NCBI GenBank assembly: GCA_001275005.1
Contig: JWZX01003321.1
Span: forward strand, 1-63,401
DNA length: 63,401 nucleotides
From: Chrysochromulina tobinii
Lineage: Eukaryota
Direction: 5' to 3'
Made by a program: the position numbers and the translations under genes. This document shows, piece by piece, positions 1 to 10,942 of the stretch (its first letter is position 1; every line of letters begins with the position of its first letter). Below the pieces are notes generated by a model. That model ran no database searches. It was not told the DNA's origin and was given only the letters and a program-made list of their open reading frames with translations.

Positions 1-407
1 TCTCGAAGCGCAATGTCGCGCATGTCGTCGAATCCTACGATGAGAGTTAAGTGTCCCGCCCACCCACCGCGATGTAAGCCTGGTCTAGGACACACAGCAC
101 ATTCACTTGTGAATGAGAGGAGAGGTGTTCACTCGGCAGGTCCGGACTTGACTTGACTTGGGGTCTAGGGCAGAACTCGTAATGCCGAGCCTCCCGACCC
201 CACTCCCCAGCAAGGCTGGCGCGCACCCTGAGGCGGTCTGCTGGCTGCACGGGCACGCTCAGGGGAATCCGAGCGCGACCCACATGGGCCTCTTGTAGCT
301 GTGTGTCCGGAGTATTGACTGACTGACCAACACCTATGCGCGCCTGACTTGTACCCCCCTGACTTGTACCCCCTCGCGCCCGTTTTGTATTTAGGGAGCT
401 CGCAACA

Positions 408-1322
408 ATGCTGTATTGCATCGCCACTGCCGCGCTCTCTATCTTCCAGCTCAACCCGGTGGTCCGCAATGACGCCCGCTGGGCCGCCATGGACGCCGGC
501 CTCACAGGCAACGCGACCATCCGCATGCGCTCATCCGAGTCGCTGCCCGCATCCTTCACGTGGGCGAACAAGGATGGCGTGAACTACCTCTCGACCGTCC
601 GCAACCAGCACATCCCAGTGTACTGCGGTTCGTGCTGGGCGATGGGCTCGACGTCCGCCCTCACCGACCGCTGGAACATCCTCAACGGCGTGGGCGCCCT
701 GCCGCAGCACATGCTCTCGGTGCAGATGGTCGTCTCGTGCGGCAATGACAAGGTGGGCTGTGGCTCCTGCCACGGCGGCGACGACTCGGGCGTGTACGAG
801 CTTGCAAAACAGTACGGCATCCCGCACGAGTCGTGCTCCAACTACATGGCCACCAACACCCAGTGCAATGAGGACGCTGCCGTGACCACCACCAACAAGC
901 CTTCGTGCTACACGTGCTCGCCGGGCTCGGGCTGCACCAAGATCGAGAATTACAACAAGATGTTCATCTCCGCGTACGGCTCGGCGCGCGGGTACGACGC
1001 GATGAAGTCCGAGATCTACGATCGTGGGCCGATCTCGTGCGGCGTCGACGCGACGGACAAGATGGAGAAGTACACGGGCGGTGTCTTTTCGGAGGATGGC
1101 GCGCACGCCACCAACCACATCATCTCGGTCGTGGGCTGGGGCGTAGACAACTCGACCAAGGATGAGTACTGGTGGGTGCGCAACTCGTGGGGCGAACCCT
1201 GGGGCGAGCACGGCTACATGCGCATCGTCACCTCGAAGAACACTGGCCCCGCTGGAACCGGCAACAACAACATCGAGAAGCAATGCGGCTACGGCGTCGT
1301 CGACCGTTTCGCTCCCCAATAA
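408..1322 (+). CDS. Papain-family (C1A) cysteine protease, cathepsin Z/X-like
   Basis: Signal-peptide-like start; NQHIPVYCGSCWA (catalytic Cys with the HIP insertion typical of cathepsin Z/X); NHIISVVGWG; WVRNSWGEPWGEHG; intronless. Confidence 0.93.
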   Translation: MLYCIATAALSIFQLNPVVRNDARWAAMDAGLTGNATIRMRSSESLPASFTWANKDGVNYLSTVRNQHIPVYCGSCWAMGSTSALTDRWNILNGVGALPQHMLSVQMVVSCGNDKVGCGSCHGGDDSGVYELAKQYGIPHESCSNYMATNTQCNEDAAVTTTNKPSCYTCSPGSGCTKIENYNKMFISAYGSARGYDAMKSEIYDRGPISCGVDATDKMEKYTGGVFSEDGAHATNHIISVVGWGVDNSTKDEYWWVRNSWGEPWGEHGYMRIVTSKNTGPAGTGNNNIEKQCGYGVVDRFAPQ

Positions 1323-1905
1323 GCAAGCACGCTGACATCTCACACGCATCGCTGCGGCAACACGCGGGCGAGAGAGCACATGCTGTGCGCTCTTCGCCGC
1401 CGACTGGCCCGGTTGCATCCATTACCATCCCTCTCTCCGGATTGAGGCGCGCTCCGATTCCGGGGATGTTGTGGGACCGTTTAACGGTTGAGAGCTGGGG
1501 TCTGTGCCAGGCGCGAGTTCGGGTTGGCCCGCGGCAGAGTCCACGAGGCCGTAGGAGTGCCTGCATACGGCCTCTGCCATGTGTTCGGCCGGCAGAGCCG
1601 CCGCCGGCAGAGCCCGCAAGGTCTGATCCGATCGTCGCGTGTGATGCGTCTGTTTGATTCTCGTACCCTACTATCCGAGGGGCGGGACCTCCGCGTCGTA
1701 CAGCTGTACGTCGTAGGGACGTAAGCCAATGCCCCCCCGTTCCTGTCCCGTCCGGTTTCGGCTTTCGCCGTTAACACACACCGCTCCGACACGCGCACAT
1801 TGTCCCGGCTCCCCCGCAGCCTCCAGCCAGTTTTTCGCGCCGCACCACGGAACGGGCGGGAGAAACGGCGACACATGCAGACGTGTTTCGATGTACAATC
1901 ACGAT

Positions 1906-3723
1906 TCAACGGCTCGGTTCCCACGTCCGGTCGGGGTCGGCCCGCCTCGCCCCGCCCCCCCGCCCCAGGTGTACGCTCAAGAGAGCGAGTGTACTGAGCG
2001 GCGACAGGTCGTCGAGGGCGGAGGCCGCGAGTGTACTGAGCGGCGACAGGTCGTCGAGGGCGGAGGCCGCGAGCGACACCGAGCGACATCGAGCGCCGAC
2101 GAGCGACAAGGAGCGAGACCGAGCGACACCGCCGATGGAGCTGGGGCCGCCAGCGTCCTCCGTCCACACCCCATCAACAAACAAGTGTTCCGCCTGCTGC
2201 GGCTGCTGCGGCTGCTGCGGCTGCTGCGGCTGCTGCGGCTGCCGCGCCTGCTGCGGCTGCCGCGCCTGCTGCGCCTGCCGCGCCTGCTGCGCCTGCTGCG
2301 CCTGCTGCGCCTGCTGCGCCTGCTGCCGCCTCCATGGGTGGGTTTTCCCGGCGGTGACGAGCGGCACAGCGGGCACGAGCGGCCTGGCTGGCACGAGCGG
2401 CATGGCGGCCACGAGCGGCATGGCTGGCACGAGCGACCCAAACGGAACCACCGGCGTGAGGGACGCGCCATCGATGGGGGACGCGCCCACCATGGCGCCC
2501 AAACTGGAAGAGGGTGCGCCCACCACGGCGCCCAAGCCAGCGTGGGACGCGCCCGCGCTTGAGCACGGCTCGGACGCGCCCGCGCATTCCGCGGCCTCCA
2601 GGCATTGGCGCTTGCTAAGATCTCGGGTCGATCTCGCCGAGTCGGAGCTCGATCCGAGATCGCCGAGTCGGAGCTCGGAGCTCGCTTTCCGAGATCTCGG
2701 GTCGGAGCTCGATCCGAGATCGCCGAGTCGGAGCTCGGAGCTCGGTTTCCGAGATCTCGGGTCGGAGCTTCGTGCGTGCGCCCTCGCAACTTCTGCTGCA
2801 GCCATGGCATGCGTCACAGCGCTCGTCGCGCCAGCTGCATCCTCGCACTGGAGGAGGGCTTGCGCTTCTCTGCTATCCGCTGCTCTGTCAGCCGCGTCGT
2901 GGCACTTCTTTGCCAGCCGCCGGAGGACCAAAACGACCTCCGGGGTATATGCGTTAGGGTTGAATCCATCGATGAGGTTCTCCAAGGCCTGAATGTGGCA
3001 AATGAATTCTTTCGCTCGCCACGCCCTAGGGTCCGGCTTCTCTATCTTGTCCCACTTCTTGGTTAAGATCGTCCGCGCATACTTCATCACCTTAGTGAGC
3101 TTGCTTCCTACCGGGTCTGGCTTCTCCTGCTCCGAGAAGCCGCACTGCACTGCGGTGTGACGCCACAGCGCCTGGACTGTTGAGTTGCTATCGTGAGCCC
3201 TCGACCTGCCGCCGCCAATGATGTGAGGGTTCTCTTTCGCGTACACCAATGCGACTGCCACTTCGAAACGAACCTCGTCTCGAACCTTGTCGTCTATCAC
3301 GGATGTCATGTCGCCGGCCTTGATCACCTTCATACATAGCTCATCAAAGTCAGACGGCTCAGCCGAGAGGGATTCGGGGGTGGGTTCCGCTCTTTCCATC
3401 GGCACGAATACAGCACCGTCTTCTTCTGACGCAGGAAAGGACATCGCATCATCAGCCGCCGCATCGAGGACAGGATCCGGGTGCAAGGATCCGGGGACGA
3501 TGAATTCAGCTGCAGAATTCAGCATCCCAGCGGACGCGGTCGGCGCAGGCCTTTCCTCTTTCTTGTTCGTCGTCTTGTTTGACCCCGGAATCCCCCTGAT
3601 GAGGGATGTAATCGCGCCAGAAGTATTCTCATTCTCGCCGGATGCCCGGTAGCACTTACAGAAGTACGTAGCTCCGTCACCAGAGGGATCGGCATCCTCG
3701 CGCTGGCACCACACAACGGTCAT
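1906..3723 (-). CDS. Hypothetical 605-aa protein with tandem repeats (possibly mobile-element derived)
   Basis: Long intronless ORF with a complex N-terminal half; C-terminal half has 60-bp, 42-bp and QQA/QQP repeats; no family recognised. Confidence 0.5.
   Translation of the reverse strand: MTVVWCQREDADPSGDGATYFCKCYRASGENENTSGAITSLIRGIPGSNKTTNKKEERPAPTASAGMLNSAAEFIVPGSLHPDPVLDAAADDAMSFPASEEDGAVFVPMERAEPTPESLSAEPSDFDELCMKVIKAGDMTSVIDDKVRDEVRFEVAVALVYAKENPHIIGGGRSRAHDSNSTVQALWRHTAVQCGFSEQEKPDPVGSKLTKVMKYARTILTKKWDKIEKPDPRAWRAKEFICHIQALENLIDGFNPNAYTPEVVLVLRRLAKKCHDAADRAADSREAQALLQCEDAAGATSAVTHAMAAAEVARAHARSSDPRSRKPSSELRLGDLGSSSDPRSRKASSELRLGDLGSSSDSARSTRDLSKRQCLEAAECAGASEPCSSAGASHAGLGAVVGAPSSSLGAMVGASPIDGASLTPVVPFGSLVPAMPLVAAMPLVPARPLVPAVPLVTAGKTHPWRRQQAQQAQQAQQAQQARQAQQARQPQQARQPQQPQQPQQPQQPQQAEHLFVDGVWTEDAGGPSSIGGVARSRSLSLVGARCRSVSLAASALDDLSPLSTLAASALDDLSPLSTLALLSVHLGRGGGARRADPDRTWEPSR
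1987..2770. repeat. Nested tandem repeats: 42-bp x2 (1987-2072), GCTGCTGCG-type 9-mer array (~2192-2330), 60-bp x2 (~2630-2770)
   Basis: Direct reading; unit lengths are multiples of 3, preserving the minus-strand ORF. Confidence 0.85.
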
Positions 3724-3985
3724 CCTTCGCGATCAACGGGTCGGAGGGCGACGTACGCGTGGTCGGATCCATTGGTCGGATCCCCCCAGCACACTAGCCA
3801 ACACACAGGGTACGGACGCTGTGACGGACAGCTGGGAGGAACGGACCGGCTGGAAGTAAATGTGCATCGTACTGAACAAGAACGACTCGCACAGTACACT
3901 CGCTCTCAGGTGCGTACCCCTTGGTGCGTACGCTAAAAATCTCGCTAGTCGAGCAGCTATCGTCCTATCCAGCTAATCATGTCAA

Positions 3986-4975
3986 TCAGTCCGCCGCGTT
4001 CGGTGCCTCGCTGCGCTGTACAATACAGCGGCCATGCGGGTGGTGAACACGCAGATTCGTCAAGTCCAGCGCGTTGAGGATTTGTGCTGCGGCCCGGAGA
4101 GAGCGGTCGCGAAGCTCGTCTTCATCGTCGGCGGCGCATGGGTCCGTTGTCAGCTGTGGCTCCTCGATGGTGGCGCTCCGTCGGGTGTAGACAAATGCCC
4201 TGGCGTGGCCCCACGTCACACTCAGCGCGGGCTCCACGGCCGTAAGCGCAAATGAGGGCAGCGCACCCTTGGGGATCGCGAGAAGCGTCACGAACATGCG
4301 CAGGCGCGGGGCCTGCGCCTCGAACCGCGAGCAGAGCTGGCGGATGAAGCGGGCGTCAAAGAGCAGGCTGGCAAAGTAGACCAGGGTCGCATCCTCGCAA
4401 GGCGAGGTGAGCATGTCGCCATGTATCACGTGCAGGTTGCTCAGTGCAGCCCGCTTGCTCGCGGCGAACGCCACCGAGTGCCGCACGCTCGAGAGCTCGA
4501 CGCCGACGACGCGCACGTGCGGCAGCGCGAGGGCGGCGTGCACAACAAAGCGCCCCGCCCCCGAGCCCATGTCGTAGAGCACATCGCCATGGGCGGGACG
4601 CATCATCCGAAGCACGGTCTCCGTGCCCTCGTGAGTGAGCTCGCCGTACACATGGCCGCACGACGAGGTTTCAGACAGTTGCGCGACCTCGGCCTGGGGA
4701 ATCGTGTGCACGCTCTCCGATGTGTCATCGCCAAGGTATGCAGCTTCGAGCTTCTTGAAGATCGCCCGCTCTAGCCGCAACGCTCGCCCACGAAAAACAC
4801 GTTGCAGCACCACCGCGGAGGCGTGGCGGGCATTCACCTGTCGGCGTCTGCGCCACTGACCTTGGATGAGCGTCGAACTAGTCGCACGATGAGAGCGCTC
4901 CTGTTGATACCTCAGGCGTACGAGGAAGCCGCGAGCGGCTGCGTGGAGACGAGTATCGGATCGATCGGCCAGCAT
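3986..4975 (-). CDS. DOT1-like class I SAM-dependent methyltransferase with N-terminal IQ motifs
   Basis: VYGELT and LYDMGSGAGRFV...VVGVELS motifs; IQ-like LHAAARGFLVR, IQGQWRRR, LQRVFRGRALR. Confidence 0.8.
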   Translation of the reverse strand: MLADRSDTRLHAAARGFLVRLRYQQERSHRATSSTLIQGQWRRRRQVNARHASAVVLQRVFRGRALRLERAIFKKLEAAYLGDDTSESVHTIPQAEVAQLSETSSCGHVYGELTHEGTETVLRMMRPAHGDVLYDMGSGAGRFVVHAALALPHVRVVGVELSSVRHSVAFAASKRAALSNLHVIHGDMLTSPCEDATLVYFASLLFDARFIRQLCSRFEAQAPRLRMFVTLLAIPKGALPSFALTAVEPALSVTWGHARAFVYTRRSATIEEPQLTTDPCAADDEDELRDRSLRAAAQILNALDLTNLRVHHPHGRCIVQRSEAPNAAD

Positions 4976-5162
4976 GCCTTCGGGGGATTCCTCAGGTGAG
5001 AGGCTTTCGTCATTTTTAGCTGTTCTGTCACCGTTGTAGCCGCCCCTGTGTGTCTTCCACTTGTAGCTAGACTAATTTTGCCCCGCACCTACGCTAAACG
5101 AAACGGAATTATGTTTCGTCATCGCGGGGTATGCCACAGCGGGTTTTGCGGTGTGCTCGGCC

Positions 5163-6708
5163 ATGCAGCGACTTCTCGTCGCCGCCGCGCTGGCTGCGAC
5201 GCCACCTGCGAAAGAAGTTGCGTCGTTTGGAATCATCACCGACGTGCACTACGCCGATGCCGACACCAGCGGCACGCGCTACTATCGCGACTCGCTGCCC
5301 AAAGTGCGAGCGTCAATCGCTGACCTCGCCAGCCGCAGCACCGACTTCCTCATCGAGCTAGGCGATTTCAAGGACACGGACGTGGGAAGCGGTTGTGGCA
5401 AGGGCAAGGCCACGCCTGCGTGCATCAACCTGACGCTGTCCTTTCTAGCGACGATCGAGGCGGAGATGGCCACGTTCCCGGGTCCCCGCTTCCACCTGCT
5501 CGGCAATCACGATGTGGACGTGCTCAACCAAAGCGCGGTGCTCAATGCCACCACCAACAGTCCCGTAACCGATCCAGGCGGGCCGGGCTATTACTCGTTC
5601 GACTTCCCATTCGCTCCGGAGCCCGTCGGCAACGACACAGACGGCTGCCTCGTGCGGGATGGCGTGGACGTATGGATTGTCCACGCTGATGGCACGCGTA
5701 ATTGGCTCAGCATGCCACCGGCCGGCGCAAGCGACGCCGCCCGCCCGATCGCCGATGCCTCTGCGTACCCCAAGCGGCACGGCGGCAAGGGTGCATACAA
5801 TTTGGACGCAGACCAGAGCGCGGCGGCCTTTGCCCAGAGATGTCATGGCTGCGTGTGCGATGGAGTGGGGCTTCCGGCGGCGCTGCCATCGCCTCCGCCC
5901 GAGCACGCCGCGCCGCTTCGGTTCATCGCCCTCAACGGCGACTACACCGCAGATGACGTGCCATGGGCAGACCTCGACGGCGGCGCTGTCCCGGGCGCAT
6001 CGTGGGATGACGCACACGTACCCATGGTTCAAATGGAATGGTTCGCCGAGCAGCTGCAGCAAGCACGTGCCAGCGCCCAGCGGGTTATTGTCTTCATTCA
6101 CTACCGGCTCGATGGCGGGCCGGGTGGCCCCGTAGGGACCGGCCTCGGCCCCACCTCCGTGCCCAATCGCGCCTGGGTGGACGAGTGCACGCTCAAGAAT
6201 GCGCCGGTCGCACACGCCCAATGAACGGAACCTTCCCTGCACTTCCCTGAACCTGCCCTGAACCTTCCCTGGCCCCTCGCGCTCACCCTCGCTCCCCACC
6301 GATGTTGCCCGGCACAGGTCGTTCGTGCCTTGCTTGAGGAGACGCCTGGCCTCGTCCTGGCCACTTTCTCGGGGCACGACCACGCGCCACTCCCGCCATA
6401 CACACACGAGGCCCTCGGTACGCCCTTCTCCCATCTTGCCCCCCCTCCCCCCCCCTCTCCTCACTCGCCATCCGTACACATCCCGTGGCCTTCACACCCT
6501 CTTCACACCTTTCGCCGTGCTTTCTCCCCTGGTAGGCAAGCCCGCGTACCTCACAATGGCCGCGACCGTTGAGGGGTCGTGGCCGACGCACAATGCATAC
6601 AGCCGCGTGAGCATCCTCGCCGACTGCACAGTGCGTGTGCACGGCTTCGGGAGCGGCGGGTATAATGTTAGCGTGCCGCCGCCGGACGCGACGTGCTCGC
6701 TCGAGTAG
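5163..6708 (+). CDS. Calcineurin-like metallophosphoesterase, Mn-dependent ADP-ribose/CDP-alcohol diphosphatase-like; exons 5163-6206, 6318-6417, 6536-6708
   Basis: FGIITDVHYAD, ELGD, LGNHD, FIHY and (exon 2) FSGHDH motifs; two GT-AG introns join the exons in frame. Confidence 0.85.
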
Positions 6709-7331
6709 GCTGAGCGTCTCATTGCGGCACGGCGCCACCGCACTTCGCACTGGGTCGTGGCCACCCGTCAGTCACCATGTGCACGAGTCAGCATGCCAGT
6801 GCTCAGTCGTCGCGGCGCACTCGGCGGCGGCCCGCCGCGCAGACTCTCTGCCACTCCGCCACACGGATCAACAAGGGTGGCGGGCTCTGAGGCCTCAGCC
6901 CGAACATGCACCGACGCGCCCCGCCCGCGCACGGCCCCGTCAGAGCGACGGGCCGACGGCGTCGTGCGCGGTTGCTTTACCGTTTCCGTTATTGCACCGA
7001 GTGTTCGGTCCATCTCACAAAAACGGGCCCACATAGTAATCCGATAGTTAATCAACACAAAATGGTACAGGGCGCGAGGGCCAACCTGCGGCGCGCCACG
7101 CAAGCGAAGGAGCGAGAGCCGAGCCCCAAGCACAAGAAAGCGAGCACAAGAAAGCGCCTCCCGACTGAGAGGGGAGTGCGGCCTCTCTCCGCGCTCTCTC
7201 GGCGCGCGCGCTCCCTCTCTCTCTCTCTCTTGTATGTATGTGTGCTTGTGCCTCACGCGCAAGCCCCTCTCTTGTCTAGCGGCGGATTGGCGGCGAGTTC
7301 GTGGGTGGCCCGCGGCTCAGCGCATCTATTC

Positions 7332-8932
7332 TCAGCGCATCTTCTCGCCCTTGAAGAGCTCGCGCAGCGACATGAGGCTCATGTCCTCAAAGGAGGAGAC
7401 GCGCTGGTCAGCGATGCGTAGATCGGCGCCATTGCGCCGCGCGCCGCCCATGACGGCGACCACCTTGGCAGTGGCATCGTGGCCAGCGAGGACGTCGTCG
7501 ACGTCATCGCTGAAGACGACGCATCGCTCAGGAGGACGCTCGAGCTGCGAACAACGGGGGAGAACGGAGGCGGTCAGTCGTGTGATCAGGGGCCGCCCAG
7601 GTCTCAATCTGGCACAATCTGGAATCAATCTGGCATCGCTCGGGCTGGCGACCCACCTTAATGCATCCGACGAGGTAGGCCTGCTCCGTAGTCTCGCATC
7701 CGTCCTCTGCTGTCACCGAGATCGGGCAGAGATCTCGCAGGCCTGCACGCTCGAGGACGCTGGCGAGCGCCCCCCGGTCCATCGTGGCGCCCGCGCACAC
7801 GCAGCACGGCACCTGATACTCGTTGAGCAGCGTCAGCCACTCCTTGGCACCGTCCGCAACTGCAAAGTCAAAGTCGCGAAGCACCGTGTTCTTCGCGTGG
7901 TAGTGCTGCAGAGAGAGTAAGGCGAGCGCCCAAATGCGTGAGAGAGGGAGAGAGGAGCGAGGGGGGGCGAGAGAGAGGCGCGAGAGAGGTGAGCGCGGGA
8001 CACAGAGGAACGCCCGAGGCGCCTCGGGGCAGGTTTCAGTTGTGTCTCTTGGGCGAGCGCACCTCAAATGCAAGCTTTTGCGTCTCGCCCCAGTCGTCGG
8101 TCCAGCGGAAGGTTTGCTGGATGGCACGCTCGGGGCGCATCCCGATGGCGCGCAGGATCTCGTCGTCGTCGGGCTCGCGCATCCCCTGCTCCGCGGCCAC
8201 GAGCGCCCACGGGCGCCGGTGCATCTCGATCGCGTTTGAGAGCATCACGTCGAGTTTGAAGATCACGCCGTACTGCTGCAGTGGAAAGTTGTTGAAGCGC
8301 AGCCGCGACATGTAGTCCGGCTGGAGGAGTTCGTTGAGATCGGAGGCGCGCAGCTGCTGGGGGTCGGCCTGGAGCGCCGCGTAATAGCCCTCGCTGCGCC
8401 CGCCGCCGGCCGCGCCATACCGGCCCTCGCGTGTGCTCGGCAACTCGCCGCCGAGCTCGCCCTCGCGGAGCGGTTGCGAGGGCAGCGGCGGCAGGAAGAG
8501 GTCGTCCTTGTCGTCGTCTGGATCCCTCCAGCTGGTGACGCGGCTTCGACGGCCGTTGCTGCTGCTGTCGTCCGGCGCGTAGAAGGAGATGGGCTCCGCG
8601 GTGGTGCGCCTGTGCCGGTTGCGCCCGGACCCTAGCCGGTCGCTGCCGTCGCCGCCGCCGATGCCGCCGCCGTCAATGCTGCTGCGACTTGCGAGGTCAG
8701 ACAGGCCGTCCGGCTCGGGCTCGGCCCAATCCGCCACGTCCGCCCTCGCCATTGGCTGCTGCCACTGCTGCCTGGACTGCCAGGCAGCATCGCAGCAGCA
8801 CTCGCCCGCACGGTGCGGGGCGCCCTCCGCGCAGCGCGGCGCGTACAGCGATGAGACCAGGCTCCCAAGCGGCTTCGCCTGGCAAAGCAACAGCACCGCC
8901 AGGCAGCGCCGAAGGACGTGCGGATGAGACAT
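7332..8932 (-). CDS. HAD-superfamily hydrolase (plastid PyrP2/CbbY-like); exons 8932-8063, 7905-7657, 7544-7332
   Basis: YGVIFKLD (degenerate motif I), GMRPERAI...WTDDW cap domain, LERPPERCVVFSD; GT-AG introns 8062-7906 and 7656-7545; signal-like N-terminus. Confidence 0.8.
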
Positions 8933-9168
8933 TTTGTAGGCCGCCGTGCGATTTTCTCTGACCCTTCCAAGCGCCGCATCTTCGCCCCTCAAGGAGGAAA
9001 AATGGGATTCCGTCAAAACTCCATCCCACGCTGAGGTTTTTTTAGGTCGAAGATTCCGTGATCCGGCGGCGTGGCTGAATTCCTTCGTCCCTTCTATCGT
9101 CAAATCCCCCCGTCAAGTCCCGCCCGCAAGGCCCGCGTTCAAACTTTTCCGAAGCGCTCGGTCCAACC

Positions 9169-10683
9169 ATGCCGTACTTCGACTCGTCAATTGGGATGTG
9201 GGAGGCCGAAGAGTCGCCCGAGGAGGCGCTCGAGCGCGAGTATGAGGCGTACGAGCAGCACCAGCGCGCGGCCGCGGTCGCGCAGCAGGTTTCCGATGAG
9301 GTCGCCGCGCTGCAGTGGGAGGCCGCAGGGGGCCAGGTCTCGCACGATTGGCGTGGCATGGGCGCGGCTATCCTTGCCAGTCTGCGCACGACACCCTGGG
9401 GGCAGGCACGCCAGTGGGCCAGCCGCTATCCATTTTACCGTGGCTGGCCGCTGCCCGCGCCGGTCCTGTGGTTCGACCCAGGGAGCGACCCACTGATAGG
9501 GGCACCCTGGGGCGTGCTGCTTGACCCGTCGCTGCCGCTCGGTGTCGACTGGGCGCCCACCGAGATGCTCCGACTGCGCGGCGTGTGCACCGCCTTCCGC
9601 GGCGGTCTCTCGACCGCGCAATTCTTCAGCCGCGTGCTCGAAGCGCTCGGCGTTCCCAAGCTGCGCGAGCACTGCCACTCGCCGCGCCGGCTCTTCGAGT
9701 TCGCGTCGCGCGTGTTTGTCGAGCTCGCGTTCGTGCACTCGTGCCGCACCGTCGCCGCACACGCCGCCGGCCTCCTCAAGGCCGACACGTCCGCCACCGA
9801 CCTGTGCTGCGTGGCCGGAAGCTATGCGCTCCATCGTGCCCTCATGCTCGGGCACAACGACGTCGTTGGCAGTGCTCAAGGGCCCACGACGCCGTCGTGG
9901 GCGCCTGGCGACATGGACATCTTCGTGGGCACACTCGACTCGTCGCGCCGCTCCAAGGCCGCCTTTGATGCCGTCGTCGAGCACGCGCGCACCGCGTTCG
10001 CGTGCTTCTCGAGGCATGTGGACGACATCAAGTGGTGGGGAACGTGCGGGCAGCCGCTGGTCACCTACTCAAGCACTTACGAGCACGAACACGGGCTGGG
10101 CGAGATCGTGCCGGCGTCCGTCGCGGTCGCCATGGGCGCCTTCCAAGGCTACTCCTACTCGCGCGACGATGTGCTCGACTACTCACACGCATGGGACCAG
10201 CCGCTCGTTGATGCCATCAAGCGGCAGCCCGAGACGCTCGGCGTTCACCGGCCGTACCAGGTGGACCGCGTGGCAGAGGTGGAGCGCCCAGCGCGCTTCA
10301 CTCACGAGCCCGTCGCCTTCGACTCGCTCTGGCCGCTCCCGCGCAAGATCAACATCATTCAGTACTCGTGTGGCGACGCGCCCGGCGGCGCGCCTCGCCC
10401 GCCGCTGACCCCACTGGCGCTCGTGCGTGGCTTCGATGTGCTGCCAGCCATGGTGGTGATGCGCGTCGATCACAGCCTGCAGCCTCGCTTCCTCGCGGCC
10501 GACGAGGTCGCGCGCTGTGTGCGCCGTCGCGAGCTCCGCCTCTCGCCGTTTGCCTTCGGCCCCGCCGTCGCCGATGATAGGAGCGCGATGGAGGCAGCGG
10601 TGCGCCGCCAGCTCGTGCGTCTCGAGAAGTACCGGCATGCGTATGGCTTTGCGCTGCCCGAGGACGCAACGCAGGGTGCGTGA
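9169..10683 (+). CDS. Hypothetical protein with F-box-like motif and Pol-beta-type nucleotidyltransferase-like domain
   Basis: EMLRLRGVCTAFR; VAGSYAL...PGDMDIFV; INIIQ; GFDVLPAMV; RLEKYRHAYGF; intronless. Confidence 0.6.
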   Translation: MPYFDSSIGMWEAEESPEEALEREYEAYEQHQRAAAVAQQVSDEVAALQWEAAGGQVSHDWRGMGAAILASLRTTPWGQARQWASRYPFYRGWPLPAPVLWFDPGSDPLIGAPWGVLLDPSLPLGVDWAPTEMLRLRGVCTAFRGGLSTAQFFSRVLEALGVPKLREHCHSPRRLFEFASRVFVELAFVHSCRTVAAHAAGLLKADTSATDLCCVAGSYALHRALMLGHNDVVGSAQGPTTPSWAPGDMDIFVGTLDSSRRSKAAFDAVVEHARTAFACFSRHVDDIKWWGTCGQPLVTYSSTYEHEHGLGEIVPASVAVAMGAFQGYSYSRDDVLDYSHAWDQPLVDAIKRQPETLGVHRPYQVDRVAEVERPARFTHEPVAFDSLWPLPRKINIIQYSCGDAPGGAPRPPLTPLALVRGFDVLPAMVVMRVDHSLQPRFLAADEVARCVRRRELRLSPFAFGPAVADDRSAMEAAVRRQLVRLEKYRHAYGFALPEDATQGA

Positions 10684-10942
10684 GGTACTGTCCGTGCGTC
10701 GTATTGTTACTTCACGCGAGTACAAATCTGCATTTCTGCCCAAATTGGGAAAAGCGCCGTAGCAGGCACACAACTCTTCCTCTTTCAATCGGGTTCACGT
10801 GCGAGCGCTCGTTCGTCCGGCGATGTGGCTTGACTTACACGAGCATGCCGGGCAGCGTCGTGGCAAAGTGCAGTCGGCGATGCCAAACCACCGTTCCTTG
10901 CACGCTGGGCGTCGCAGCGCACCTCGTCGCCGGTACATATCA

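Noticed and set aside
1..400. 174-aa minus-strand ORF / possible retroelement terminus at the window start
   Set aside because: The ORF overlaps the cathepsin start and has no motifs; element identity is unsupported beyond short GACTT and GACTTGTACCCCCT repeats.
1729..2992. Plus-strand ORFs with poly-Cys (metallothionein-like) or LRL repeats
   Set aside because: Alternative-frame readings of a GCT/GCG microsatellite antisense to the 605-aa ORF.
7040..7265. Possible SINE/LINE-tail repeat with AGCACAAGAAAGCG duplication and (CT)n
   Set aside because: Looks repeat-like, but only one copy is in the window and no boundaries or TSD could be established.
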